From a virus: a stretch of 51,610 nt of DNA. A program made the position numbers and the translations under genes. The notes under the pieces are model-generated. The model was not told where the DNA came from. It saw nothing but the letters and a program-made list of their open reading frames with translations, and ran no database searches. Within the stretch, counting starts at the first letter, position 1, and every line of letters starts with the position of its first letter. Location of the stretch: positions 1 to 51,610 of IMG/VR virus record IMGVR_UViG_3300019487_000008; one strand, 5' to 3'. Below are positions 15,138 through 21,973 of this stretch, piece after piece.

Positions 15138-15493
15138 TGCAGAGACACAGACTGAGGCGGGGGCGGCTGAATCGTTCCACCTGGGAACAGGAGGACGGCA
15201 ACATATTCTGCCACCACGGCCTCAATGAGTGGTTCGTGGTCCCGCGAGCAGCTAGCGTTGTGGATGTGGTTATCATCACTAGCCCAACGACCGACGAAGA
15301 TCGCCTCTGGATCAACGACTCCAGGTTTACCTACCAGTGCGTGCGGACGCACATCGGATTCTGGCTGGCGTACGTAGAAGACTACGCGCGTGTTCGTCAA
15401 GTGGAACCCGGAAGAACGTTTCAAGCGATCAGGATGCCGCTCGTCGGATCAGACGTGACGCACTGCTGGCTGGCTCTGGAGATCATTGAGTGA
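15134..15493 (+). CDS. hypothetical protein
   Basis: 119 aa. ATGA overlap start. The segment looks less GC-rich than its neighbours. Confidence 0.45.
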   Translation: MMQRHRLRRGRLNRSTWEQEDGNIFCHHGLNEWFVVPRAASVVDVVIITSPTTDEDRLWINDSRFTYQCVRTHIGFWLAYVEDYARVRQVEPGRTFQAIRMPLVGSDVTHCWLALEIIE

Positions 15494-15978
15494 GCCTCAA
15501 GGACGCGCACGACCCCGCCCTGCACTCGCTAGGAATCGTAGGACACGAGGCCGCGAAGTTTGATACCAAGAAAGAGGTAGCAGTCCGCAACTTCATCGAC
15601 CACTACATCGAGCGCACCAATCCAAAGGTGATTGTCTCAGGGCATTGCCACCTAGGTGGTGTCGATATCTGGGCAGAGGAGGCCGCAGCATACCATGGGC
15701 TCCCTACGATGATCTTCGCTCCGAAGGTCCGGCAGTGGTCGGCTAAGGGTGGCTTCCGGGACCGCAACTTGGAGATCGCGCGCCATTCGGACTTAGTGCT
15801 TGTGATCGTCGTACGCAAGCTACGAGGCAGCTACGATGGGATGCCGTTCCCTACGTGCTACCACTGCTCCCGGCATCGAAACAACTGTGAGGACGCGGGC
15901 CATGTGAAGAGCGGAGCCTGCTGGACCGCCTGGGAAGCGGTGCGGCTGGGGAAACGCGCTGAGTGGTTCGTGGTATGA
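15490..15978 (+). CDS. SLOG-superfamily (DUF2493/DprA-Rossmann-like) protein with Cys-rich insert
   Basis: 162 aa. GTGA overlap start. VIVSGHCHLGGVDIWAEEAAAYHGLPTMIFAP...RDRNLEIARHSDLVLVIV fits the SLOG/DUF2493 pattern. Followed by CYHCSRHRNNC...GAC. Confidence 0.5.
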   Translation: MSLKDAHDPALHSLGIVGHEAAKFDTKKEVAVRNFIDHYIERTNPKVIVSGHCHLGGVDIWAEEAAAYHGLPTMIFAPKVRQWSAKGGFRDRNLEIARHSDLVLVIVVRKLRGSYDGMPFPTCYHCSRHRNNCEDAGHVKSGACWTAWEAVRLGKRAEWFVV

Positions 15979-16286
15979 GACGCCTTATCGACCCCGCCTT
16001 GCACGCCCTGGCCGCCGCGCTGGCCGTGGCACCCGTCGCTCTGTGGCCGCGGTGGTGGGTGGCGGGGCTGGTGTGGATGGTGGCTGGTTATCTGCGCGAA
16101 ATTGAGCAGCACCGATGGCAAATCCATGATGCTGCTCTCTACAAGATGCCCCACAAGATGCCCGGTTGGCTCGACCGCCGCGTGCTCGCCCGCCTACGGA
16201 CGCACTGGCGCAACGACGTGGCCGAGGCCGCCGGCTGGGGGGTCGGGGCCGCGGTCGCGGTGGAGGTAGTACGGCTGTGGAGCTGA
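15975..16286 (+). CDS. hypothetical membrane protein
   Basis: 103 aa. ATGA overlap start. Hydrophobic segments at both ends. Confidence 0.45.
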   Translation: MRRLIDPALHALAAALAVAPVALWPRWWVAGLVWMVAGYLREIEQHRWQIHDAALYKMPHKMPGWLDRRVLARLRTHWRNDVAEAAGWGVGAAVAVEVVRLWS

Positions 16287-16753
16287 TCCGCGAGGCGTGT
16301 ATCAGCGAGTGCGGCAAGTACCGTTACTGGCTGAGCAGGCGATGGGGCGATGACGGGGGCTCCGTGCTCTGGATCATGCTCAATCCGAGTACCGCAGACG
16401 CGACGCGAGACGACCCGACGATCCGGCGCTGCACGTCCTTCGCTCGTCGGTGGGGCTACGACGGCATTCATGTGGTGAACCTGTTTGCGTGGAGGGAAAC
16501 CCGACCACAGCTCTTGGGGTTGGCCGCGGATCCCGTTGGGCCAATGACCGACGAACACATCAAGCGACTGTCGCAGCTCTCCTCAGTGATCGTGGCTGCA
16601 TGGGGCGCACATGGAGAGAGGTATAACTGGCGCGTACAAGAGGTGCTTCGGTTGTTGGAAGGACGAGAGATCCGCTGCCTAGGCACGACGCGAGCCGGGC
16701 ATCCAAAGCACCCACTCTACTCACCGGCCGCCATGCATGTGCCGTGGCCATAG
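16277..16753 (+). CDS. DUF1643-family protein
   Basis: 158 aa from GTG. YRYWLSRRW...LWIMLNPSTADATRDDPTIRRC..FARRWGYDGIHVVNLFAWRET...VIVAAWGAHG...RCLGTTRAGHPKHPLY matches the DUF1643 signature as I recall it. Confidence 0.6.
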   Translation: MELIREACISECGKYRYWLSRRWGDDGGSVLWIMLNPSTADATRDDPTIRRCTSFARRWGYDGIHVVNLFAWRETRPQLLGLAADPVGPMTDEHIKRLSQLSSVIVAAWGAHGERYNWRVQEVLRLLEGREIRCLGTTRAGHPKHPLYSPAAMHVPWP

Positions 16754-16769
16754 CGGTGGAGGTAACGAA

Positions 16770-17594
16770 ATGGATCACCCTCTAGTCATCTATCATGGCA
16801 ACTGTTACGACGGGTTCACCGCTGCATGGGTAGCGCGCCAGGATTACGAGCACTTCGATCTGCACGCTGCAAAGTACGGCGAGCAGCCCCCTGACGTGCG
16901 TGGGCGCACGGTTTATGTGCTCGACTTCTCCTACCCACGAGAGACGCTGCTCCGCATGAAATCCGAGGCGAAGTGGCTGCGCGTTCTCGACCACCACAAG
17001 ACGGCCGCCGCAGACCTCGATGGCCTCGACTTCTGCGAGTTCGACATGGAGCGGAGTGGGTGCCGGATGGCGTGGGACCACTTCTTTGGACCCGAAAAGG
17101 AGGCTCCGCCCCAGCTTCTCCTTTGGATTGAGGACCGCGACCTCTGGCGTTTCCGCTACGGCGACGACACGAAGATGGCTCACGCCTACATCGCCTCACT
17201 CCCGATGACGATGGCGGAATGGGATCGCGCCTTCGCGATGGAGCCGGCGCAGATCGTCGAGTCTGGCAAGGCGATCCGGCGCTACATCGACACCTACTGC
17301 GAGAAGGCAGCGCAAGAGACCCGCATCGTCCACTGGGCGAACGAGCGGGCGGCAATCGTTAACGTTCCTTATCAAAACGCCTCGGAGATGGCTGGCGTCG
17401 TGCTAGAGAAGAACCCCGATTGCAATTTCTCGGTCGGATGGTTCCAGCGCGCAGACGGGCGCGTGCAGTTCTCACTGCGCTCGCGCAGCGACTTCGACGT
17501 TTCTGTGGTCGCGAAGCAGTACGGCGGCGGAGGCCACGCTGGCGCGGCAGGCTTCGATCTCCCGTTAGACGAAGCCTTGAACCTGATTCGATAG
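16770..17594 (+). CDS. DHH/DHHA1-family phosphoesterase (NrnA/RecJ-like)
   Basis: 274 aa with GGAGG upstream. HGNCYDGFTAAW, VLDFS, LDHHKT (DHH motif), GGGGHAGAAGF (GGGH motif). Confidence 0.75.
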   Translation: MDHPLVIYHGNCYDGFTAAWVARQDYEHFDLHAAKYGEQPPDVRGRTVYVLDFSYPRETLLRMKSEAKWLRVLDHHKTAAADLDGLDFCEFDMERSGCRMAWDHFFGPEKEAPPQLLLWIEDRDLWRFRYGDDTKMAHAYIASLPMTMAEWDRAFAMEPAQIVESGKAIRRYIDTYCEKAAQETRIVHWANERAAIVNVPYQNASEMAGVVLEKNPDCNFSVGWFQRADGRVQFSLRSRSDFDVSVVAKQYGGGGHAGAAGFDLPLDEALNLIR

Positions 17595-17606
17595 AAGGTG
17601 GTTGAA

Positions 17607-17822
17607 ATGGCTGTAGAGATCGAGAGTCACGAGTCGCGCATGGGCTGTGTCTGGTGCGGCTCTGACATAGGCTGCGACTGCGAGGAGCGGCGGTCCTGCG
17701 ACCACGCCGGAAACGACGGACACCAGCAGTGCGGCACGCGCCCCTGCGGCTGCCCCCGCTGGTGGCCGCAGGACCGAGTGGTGCCCGCAGAGCGCCCGCG
17801 CGCAGGAGGGACCGCGCCGTGA
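17607..17822 (+). CDS. hypothetical Cys-rich protein
   Basis: 71 aa. 9 Cys, including CVWCGSDIGCDCEERRSC and CGTRPCGC. Confidence 0.4.
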   Translation: MAVEIESHESRMGCVWCGSDIGCDCEERRSCDHAGNDGHQQCGTRPCGCPRWWPQDRVVPAERPRAGGTAP

Positions 17823-18124
17823 GTGACCAGACCGCAACGCCGCAGCCGCAGCCGTGCCCGAGGTGCTCGACGCCCCTTGACATACACGGCACCCGCGGCG
17901 GTGTGACCATCTACCACCAATACGGCGTGTGCCCTTGGGAGCAAGGCATTCCCGTCGGCCCCTACGTCTATGGGTACGGGCCTCGCCGCATTCCGCACTG
18001 CTGTCCAGCGTGCAACGGCTGGGGGAAGCGCGACGAGGTGCTGCCCGCCTCCGACACAGTGGCCTCGCGGCCAGTCACCTGCCTCGCCTGCTTCGGCACG
18101 GGGATCGTGTGGGGGCCGGCATGA
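17819..18124 (+). CDS. DnaJ-type zinc-finger (CxxCxGxG) protein
   Basis: 101 aa. GTGA overlap start. CPRC, CPACNGWG and CLACFGTG motifs. Confidence 0.5.
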   Translation: MSDQTATPQPQPCPRCSTPLDIHGTRGGVTIYHQYGVCPWEQGIPVGPYVYGYGPRRIPHCCPACNGWGKRDEVLPASDTVASRPVTCLACFGTGIVWGPA

Positions 18125-18324
18125 CGGCAGTGAAGCTGAGGACTGACGCCGAGAGGCTGGACTGGCTCTCGAAGCCGTGCGGTGGCAAAGGTCGCCTTCT
18201 CTGGGGGTTTCCCGGCGGCTACCAGGTCATCCTGACCGGGAATGATGGGCAGACACTCCGCGCCGCCATCGACGCCGCGATGGATCAGGAGGACGCAAGT
18301 GAGCGAGAGGAGACCTCGCCGTGA
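18121..18324 (+). CDS. hypothetical protein, LDWL paralog 1
   Basis: 67 aa. ATGA overlap. TDAERLDWL...LRAAIDAAM. Confidence 0.45.
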   Translation: MTAVKLRTDAERLDWLSKPCGGKGRLLWGFPGGYQVILTGNDGQTLRAAIDAAMDQEDASEREETSP

Positions 18325-18539
18325 ATGAAACCAACACCGCCACCGGATACTTTGCCCTGGTCCGCGATCCCACGGCAGATGAGATGTTGGATTGGTTGGA
18401 CGAGCATCCGTTCAGTTTCGAAATGAAACTGGAGTGGAACATGTTCAAAACGATAGTCACACCTTCTAGTGGTATGACGAGAGTAGCCATCATCGCTGCG
18501 ATGCGCTTGAGCGGATGGCGGCCGGGAGGAAAGCGATGA
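18321..18539 (+). CDS. hypothetical protein, LDWL paralog 2
   Basis: 72 aa. GTGA overlap. TADEMLDWLDEHP...VAIIAAMRLSGWRPGG. Confidence 0.5.
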   Translation: MNETNTATGYFALVRDPTADEMLDWLDEHPFSFEMKLEWNMFKTIVTPSSGMTRVAIIAAMRLSGWRPGGKR

Positions 18540-18700
18540 CTGACGGTCGCTGGTTTTTTGCGTTTCTCCTGGCTGTCGCGGCCCTCCTATTGTCGCAGGG
18601 GACAATCTATTTCCAGCGTGGCACGATCGAGGATCTGAGGCGCGCCTACGATTTTCAGCGCGCAACGATCGAAACCCTGAGGAGCGCCTTGAATGACTGA
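18536..18700 (+). CDS. hypothetical single-pass membrane protein
   Basis: 54 aa. ATGA overlap. WFFAFLLAVAALLLS transmembrane segment followed by a coiled segment. Confidence 0.4.
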   Translation: MTDGRWFFAFLLAVAALLLSQGTIYFQRGTIEDLRRAYDFQRATIETLRSALND

Positions 18701-19070
18701 CCGCGACCCCACGGACACCGAGGTGCTCGACTGGTTGGACTGCCAGCCCCCGCCCGTGGTCATCAAGATTGCCAGACAATTCCGAGACGATGACCAGCAC
18801 GAGGACGCCAACTTCCGAGCCGCCGCAATCGCCGCGATGCGCGCGAGCGGGTGGCGGCCGGGAGGGGGCACGGCTGACTACGACCGCTGGCTGGAGGAGG
18901 CGGCACGCATCTGCAATCACCCTGGTCCTTCCCATAAGCCGTGGCTAGCCGATGTGCGTCCCATCGCCGACGCCCTCGCGCGGGCCTACAGGGAAGGGCA
19001 GGCGAGCCGACACAACGCTGAGGTGTGCATGGACACGATGGACGAGGTGGAAGGTGATGAGCGACCGTGA
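18693..19070 (+). CDS. hypothetical protein, LDWL paralog 3 fused to a WLEEA module
   Basis: 125 aa. TDTEVLDWLDCQP...AAAIAAMRASGWRPGGG, then DRWLEEAARI...IADALARAYREG. Confidence 0.5.
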   Translation: MTDRDPTDTEVLDWLDCQPPPVVIKIARQFRDDDQHEDANFRAAAIAAMRASGWRPGGGTADYDRWLEEAARICNHPGPSHKPWLADVRPIADALARAYREGQASRHNAEVCMDTMDEVEGDERP

Positions 19071-19467
19071 CAACTGGCTGGAGGAAGCGCGGCGCCTGAT
19101 AGCGCCGTACGCGACTGGCTGGAGGGAGAAGATCGCCGACGCCCTCAAAGAAGCCTACGAGGAGGGGGTCGCACGTGGGATCGACTGCGGTTCCGCTGAA
19201 TCGAGCTGTACGCCACGCTGTCACAGGCATGGAGTCGTCGAAGCGATGGAGCGCGTCGCCAAGCTATACGAGCGCGGCCTCCACGCCGAGCGTCAGCGGA
19301 TCGCGGACCTGATTGGGCTCTGCGAGACTGCGTGGGGTGTGATCGCAAACGCCAGCGGAGGAGACTGGAAACGCGAAAGCCGGGTGTGGAGAGGCGCCGC
19401 CGAGTTGTGGCGCGACCGTTATCACAGGATCCTAGCCGCGGGCGCCGCGGCGCTGGAGGAGAAGTGA
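19057..19467 (+). CDS. hypothetical protein with N-terminal WLEEA module
   Basis: 136 aa. DNWLEEARRLI...KIADALKEAYEEG parallels the C-half of the preceding ORF. Confidence 0.5.
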   Translation: MSDRDNWLEEARRLIAPYATGWREKIADALKEAYEEGVARGIDCGSAESSCTPRCHRHGVVEAMERVAKLYERGLHAERQRIADLIGLCETAWGVIANASGGDWKRESRVWRGAAELWRDRYHRILAAGAAALEEK

Positions 19468-19775
19468 CGGAGGAAACCTGGGTCGACGGGGTGCTGCGTC
19501 GTGCGATCGACAAGTGGCTCAGGGCCGACGTGCCGGAGGGTCGGCTGTCTCGACCCTCCGAGGGCACGCCCCAGGGCGGGGTCATCTCCCCGTCGCAAAG
19601 TGGAAGCGCTGCGCTCCAGGCTGAGAATACCGTACTGCGCCGCACTCTCGACGAGCTGGTCCGGGCAGCGAGAGACTACAAACGTGCAGTGCATCATCCG
19701 GACACAATTGTGAACAGAATGGCAGAGCGTGCCCTCGAAGCCGCTCTCGCCAAGGTGGAGGACCGCGATGCCTGA
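19464..19775 (+). CDS. hypothetical protein (ends ...KVEDRDA)
   Basis: 103 aa. GTGA overlap start. Its C-terminus lies in the conserved junction motif. Confidence 0.45.
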   Translation: MTEETWVDGVLRRAIDKWLRADVPEGRLSRPSEGTPQGGVISPSQSGSAALQAENTVLRRTLDELVRAARDYKRAVHHPDTIVNRMAERALEAALAKVEDRDA

Positions 19776-19944
19776 ATCATGCTACCAGAATGGCTGCGGC
19801 AATCCCGTCGCCTACCGATTCACATGGCCCGGGAGGGACTCGTCCGCGATCTGCGAGCAGCACGTAAACTGGCTGCGCCAGGTATCCGACGCAATGGGGT
19901 TGTACCTCCAAGTTATCCCGCTTGTGGAGGACCGCGATGCCTGA
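19768..19944 (+). CDS. hypothetical small protein (MPESC...VEDRDA)
   Basis: 58 aa. Start ATG lies inside the junction cassette. CYQNGC...C..H. Confidence 0.5.
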   Translation: MPESCYQNGCGNPVAYRFTWPGRDSSAICEQHVNWLRQVSDAMGLYLQVIPLVEDRDA

Positions 19945-20281
19945 CTACAGGTCCATGAGCCGACCGCGCTACTACATCCTGGAAGGTCATGACCCCGTAA
20001 CCTGCGACCTTGATACGTGGGCACGCTGGTTCGCGAAGAGCGACAGAATGGTAGCGAAGACGGAGTTATACGGTTCACTGGTTTCGACGATCTTCCTTGG
20101 GGTTGACCACAACTTCACGCTGAAGGGTCCCGCGCTGTTGTTCGAGACACTGGTGTTTGGCGGTCCACTCGATCAGGAGATGGACCGGTACTCCACCTGG
20201 GGGCAGGCGGAGGCCGGTCACGCGGCGATGGTCGAGCGCGTGTCGCAGGCATCAGCCAAGGTGGAGGACCGCGATGCCTAA
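19937..20281 (+). CDS. conserved hypothetical phage protein (MPDYR...VEDRDA)
   Basis: 114 aa. YYILEGHDPV.C.D...WARWF...VSTIFLGVDHNF...LLFETLVFGG...RYSTWGQAEAGH resembles a widespread small phage family, recalled by pattern only. Confidence 0.55.
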   Translation: MPDYRSMSRPRYYILEGHDPVTCDLDTWARWFAKSDRMVAKTELYGSLVSTIFLGVDHNFTLKGPALLFETLVFGGPLDQEMDRYSTWGQAEAGHAAMVERVSQASAKVEDRDA

Positions 20282-20441
20282 CTGCGTCCAGTGCGGGCTC
20301 CCCGTGCCGGAGCCGCAGCGCGTATGTTCCATGTGCTACGGCGACATAGACCACGGCCGTGATGGCTACTACCGACAATGGGCAGAGGGGCAGTTGCGAG
20401 AAAAGACCGAGGGTGAACCCGAGGAGGACCGCGATGCCTGA
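20274..20441 (+). CDS. hypothetical zinc-ribbon protein (MPNCV...EEDRDA)
   Basis: 55 aa. CVQCG...CSMC. Confidence 0.5.
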   Translation: MPNCVQCGLPVPEPQRVCSMCYGDIDHGRDGYYRQWAEGQLREKTEGEPEEDRDA

Positions 20442-20619
20442 CCGCAAGCCGAGCCCCGAGGTGAAGCAAGCAATTCGCGAGTTCGTCAGGGTGCAGCGCG
20501 AAAAGTACGGAGACGACTGGAAGGAGCGTCTCTCGGCAGAGATGACCAACGAAGCGATGCCGGTGCTAAGACTCCTATTCCCCGGCTGCGCAGAGGAGGA
20601 CGCCGATGACCGAGAGTGA
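20434..20619 (+). CDS. hypothetical protein (MPDRKPSPE...)
   Basis: 61 aa. Shares DRKPSPE (gaccgcaagccgagccc) with the next ORF. Confidence 0.45.
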   Translation: MPDRKPSPEVKQAIREFVRVQREKYGDDWKERLSAEMTNEAMPVLRLLFPGCAEEDADDRE

Positions 20620-20743
20620 CCGCAAGCCGAGCCCTGAGGCGATGGAGGCGGCGCGCGCGGAGATCCCGCAGTGGGCGCTGGAGGAGGCGCGCGATCCGTT
20701 GTTACCTCAGCGTTCTGGAGGAGGCCAATGCCTAACGTCCTGA
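20606..20743 (+). CDS. hypothetical protein (MTESDRKPSPE...)
   Basis: 45 aa. Not in the ORF track (<60 aa); translated by hand. ATG lies in the junction cassette and the stop is 13 nt after the next ATG. Confidence 0.35.
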   Translation: MTESDRKPSPEAMEAARAEIPQWALEEARDPLLPQRSGGGQCLTS

Positions 20744-21738
20744 CCCAGCCCCTCATCATCGACAAGCCCAACACCACGCTCTCGGGCGAGTGGCGCCTAG
20801 CCCCGGACTCCTACCCGTGGTGGGCTGCGATCGACGTGCGCGCCGGTGGGTTCAAGACCACGCCCGACTTCACGCTGATCGGACACCCGGGCGACGCCCG
20901 TATGGGCTGGGCCCGCGGCATCGCGTTCCACCCGATGCCGGGCTACGACCCGGGCGGCGCCAATCTCCAGGGCACGATCACCGGCTTCCCCATAGGCGTC
21001 GGCCTGGTGGGCGGCGGCGGCACCAGCGTGGTCCACGACCTCGATGTGAGCGGCGCGATTCTCGGGCTCGCATGCAACGGCAAGCGGTGGACCAACGCGA
21101 ACGGCAGCGAGCAGAAGTGGGAGCCGCTCGTGGGTCTCGCGATCCAACGCCTCCACTCGCACGACGCGCTGGGAGGCGACGGGTTCCACCTGACGAACAC
21201 GCGCGATCTCCACTGCTCCGATCTCGTCAGCTCGACGAAGATCAAACTCAGCTACAAGTGCCGCGGTGCAAGAATCCTGCGCGCGGTCTGCCCAGGCGGC
21301 AACCTCCAGATGGCCGTGGACGGCCCCGGCAGCGCGTGGCCGTGGTCGGTTCCCGACGAGCCGCAGGATGTCCTCTTCAACCGATGCCGCTTCCTGCGCG
21401 GGCTTGACGACGTGCGAAACCCGCGCAACCTGTGGGAAGTCACCGGGCCGGTGAGCCTCCACTCAAGAAACTGCACCTACGCCAACGCGCTGGCCGCCGA
21501 TGGCTCCTCGTGGCTCCCCGGCGCGGGCATCGCTGCGGGACCGTTCGGCCCTGACCCGTCGCTGGTGCCGTGGGTCACTGGCACCGGCAACTCATTCCAC
21601 CACTTCGCGACGCCCTACCCCAACAATCCCGAGCCCGGCGGGCTCACGCTCCTGGGCGGCGCGAAGGCGAACTGGGGAGACGCGCAGTGGTCCGAGATGA
21701 ACAAGGGCATCGGCTGTAAGGCGCTGGTGCGGCTATGA
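20728..21738 (+). CDS. hypothetical protein, possible right-handed beta-helix fold
   Basis: 336 aa from the junction-cassette ATG (MPNVL). Gly/Asn-rich short repeats (VGLVGGGGTSVVHDLDVSGAILGLACNG, GFHLTNTRDLHCSDLV). The fold call is weak. Confidence 0.45.
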   Translation: MPNVLTQPLIIDKPNTTLSGEWRLAPDSYPWWAAIDVRAGGFKTTPDFTLIGHPGDARMGWARGIAFHPMPGYDPGGANLQGTITGFPIGVGLVGGGGTSVVHDLDVSGAILGLACNGKRWTNANGSEQKWEPLVGLAIQRLHSHDALGGDGFHLTNTRDLHCSDLVSSTKIKLSYKCRGARILRAVCPGGNLQMAVDGPGSAWPWSVPDEPQDVLFNRCRFLRGLDDVRNPRNLWEVTGPVSLHSRNCTYANALAADGSSWLPGAGIAAGPFGPDPSLVPWVTGTGNSFHHFATPYPNNPEPGGLTLLGGAKANWGDAQWSEMNKGIGCKALVRL

Positions 21739-21917
21739 CGCCCCCCATCCACACTACCGAGCAGCAGCGGCAGATCGCCCTGGAGGTACGCAGACTCGTG
21801 AAAGCTGCCTACGACGCTGGGCTCCGTGTCATTGTCCACGATGCCCCTGTCTACAGAGACGACAAGCGGCGCTGGGTGGTCAATGAGATTCGCGTCTGGC
21901 TTGACGAAGACGCTTGA
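21735..21917 (+). CDS. hypothetical protein
   Basis: 60 aa. ATGA overlap start. Confidence 0.4.
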   Translation: MTPPIHTTEQQRQIALEVRRLVKAAYDAGLRVIVHDAPVYRDDKRRWVVNEIRVWLDEDA

Positions 21918-21973
21918 CTACCCAGACCAGAAGTGCGAATGTCCTAATGGTCAACAACAGAGGAGACCACTCG

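Larger units (their letters stand above)
19755..20735 (+). repeat. six copies of a conserved gene-junction cassette G(T/A)GGAGGAC(C/G)(G/C)CGATG(C/A)C(T/C)(G/T)A(A)
   Basis: gtggaggaccgcgatgcctga at 19755-19775 and 19924-19944; gtggaggaccgcgatgcctaa at 20261-20281; gaggaggaccgcgatgcctga at 20421-20441; gaggaggacgccgatgaccga at 20593-20613; ggaggaggccaatgcctaa at 20717-20735. Each supplies the SD and ATG of the next gene and the stop of the previous one. Confidence 0.85.

Noticed and set aside
15227-15974. 14-nt direct repeat gagtggttcgtggt at 15227-15240 and 15961-15974, possibly flanking an inserted segment
   Set aside because: A single exact 14-mer pair is expected by chance several times in about 51 kb of biased-composition sequence, and there is no other insertion signature at the two sites.
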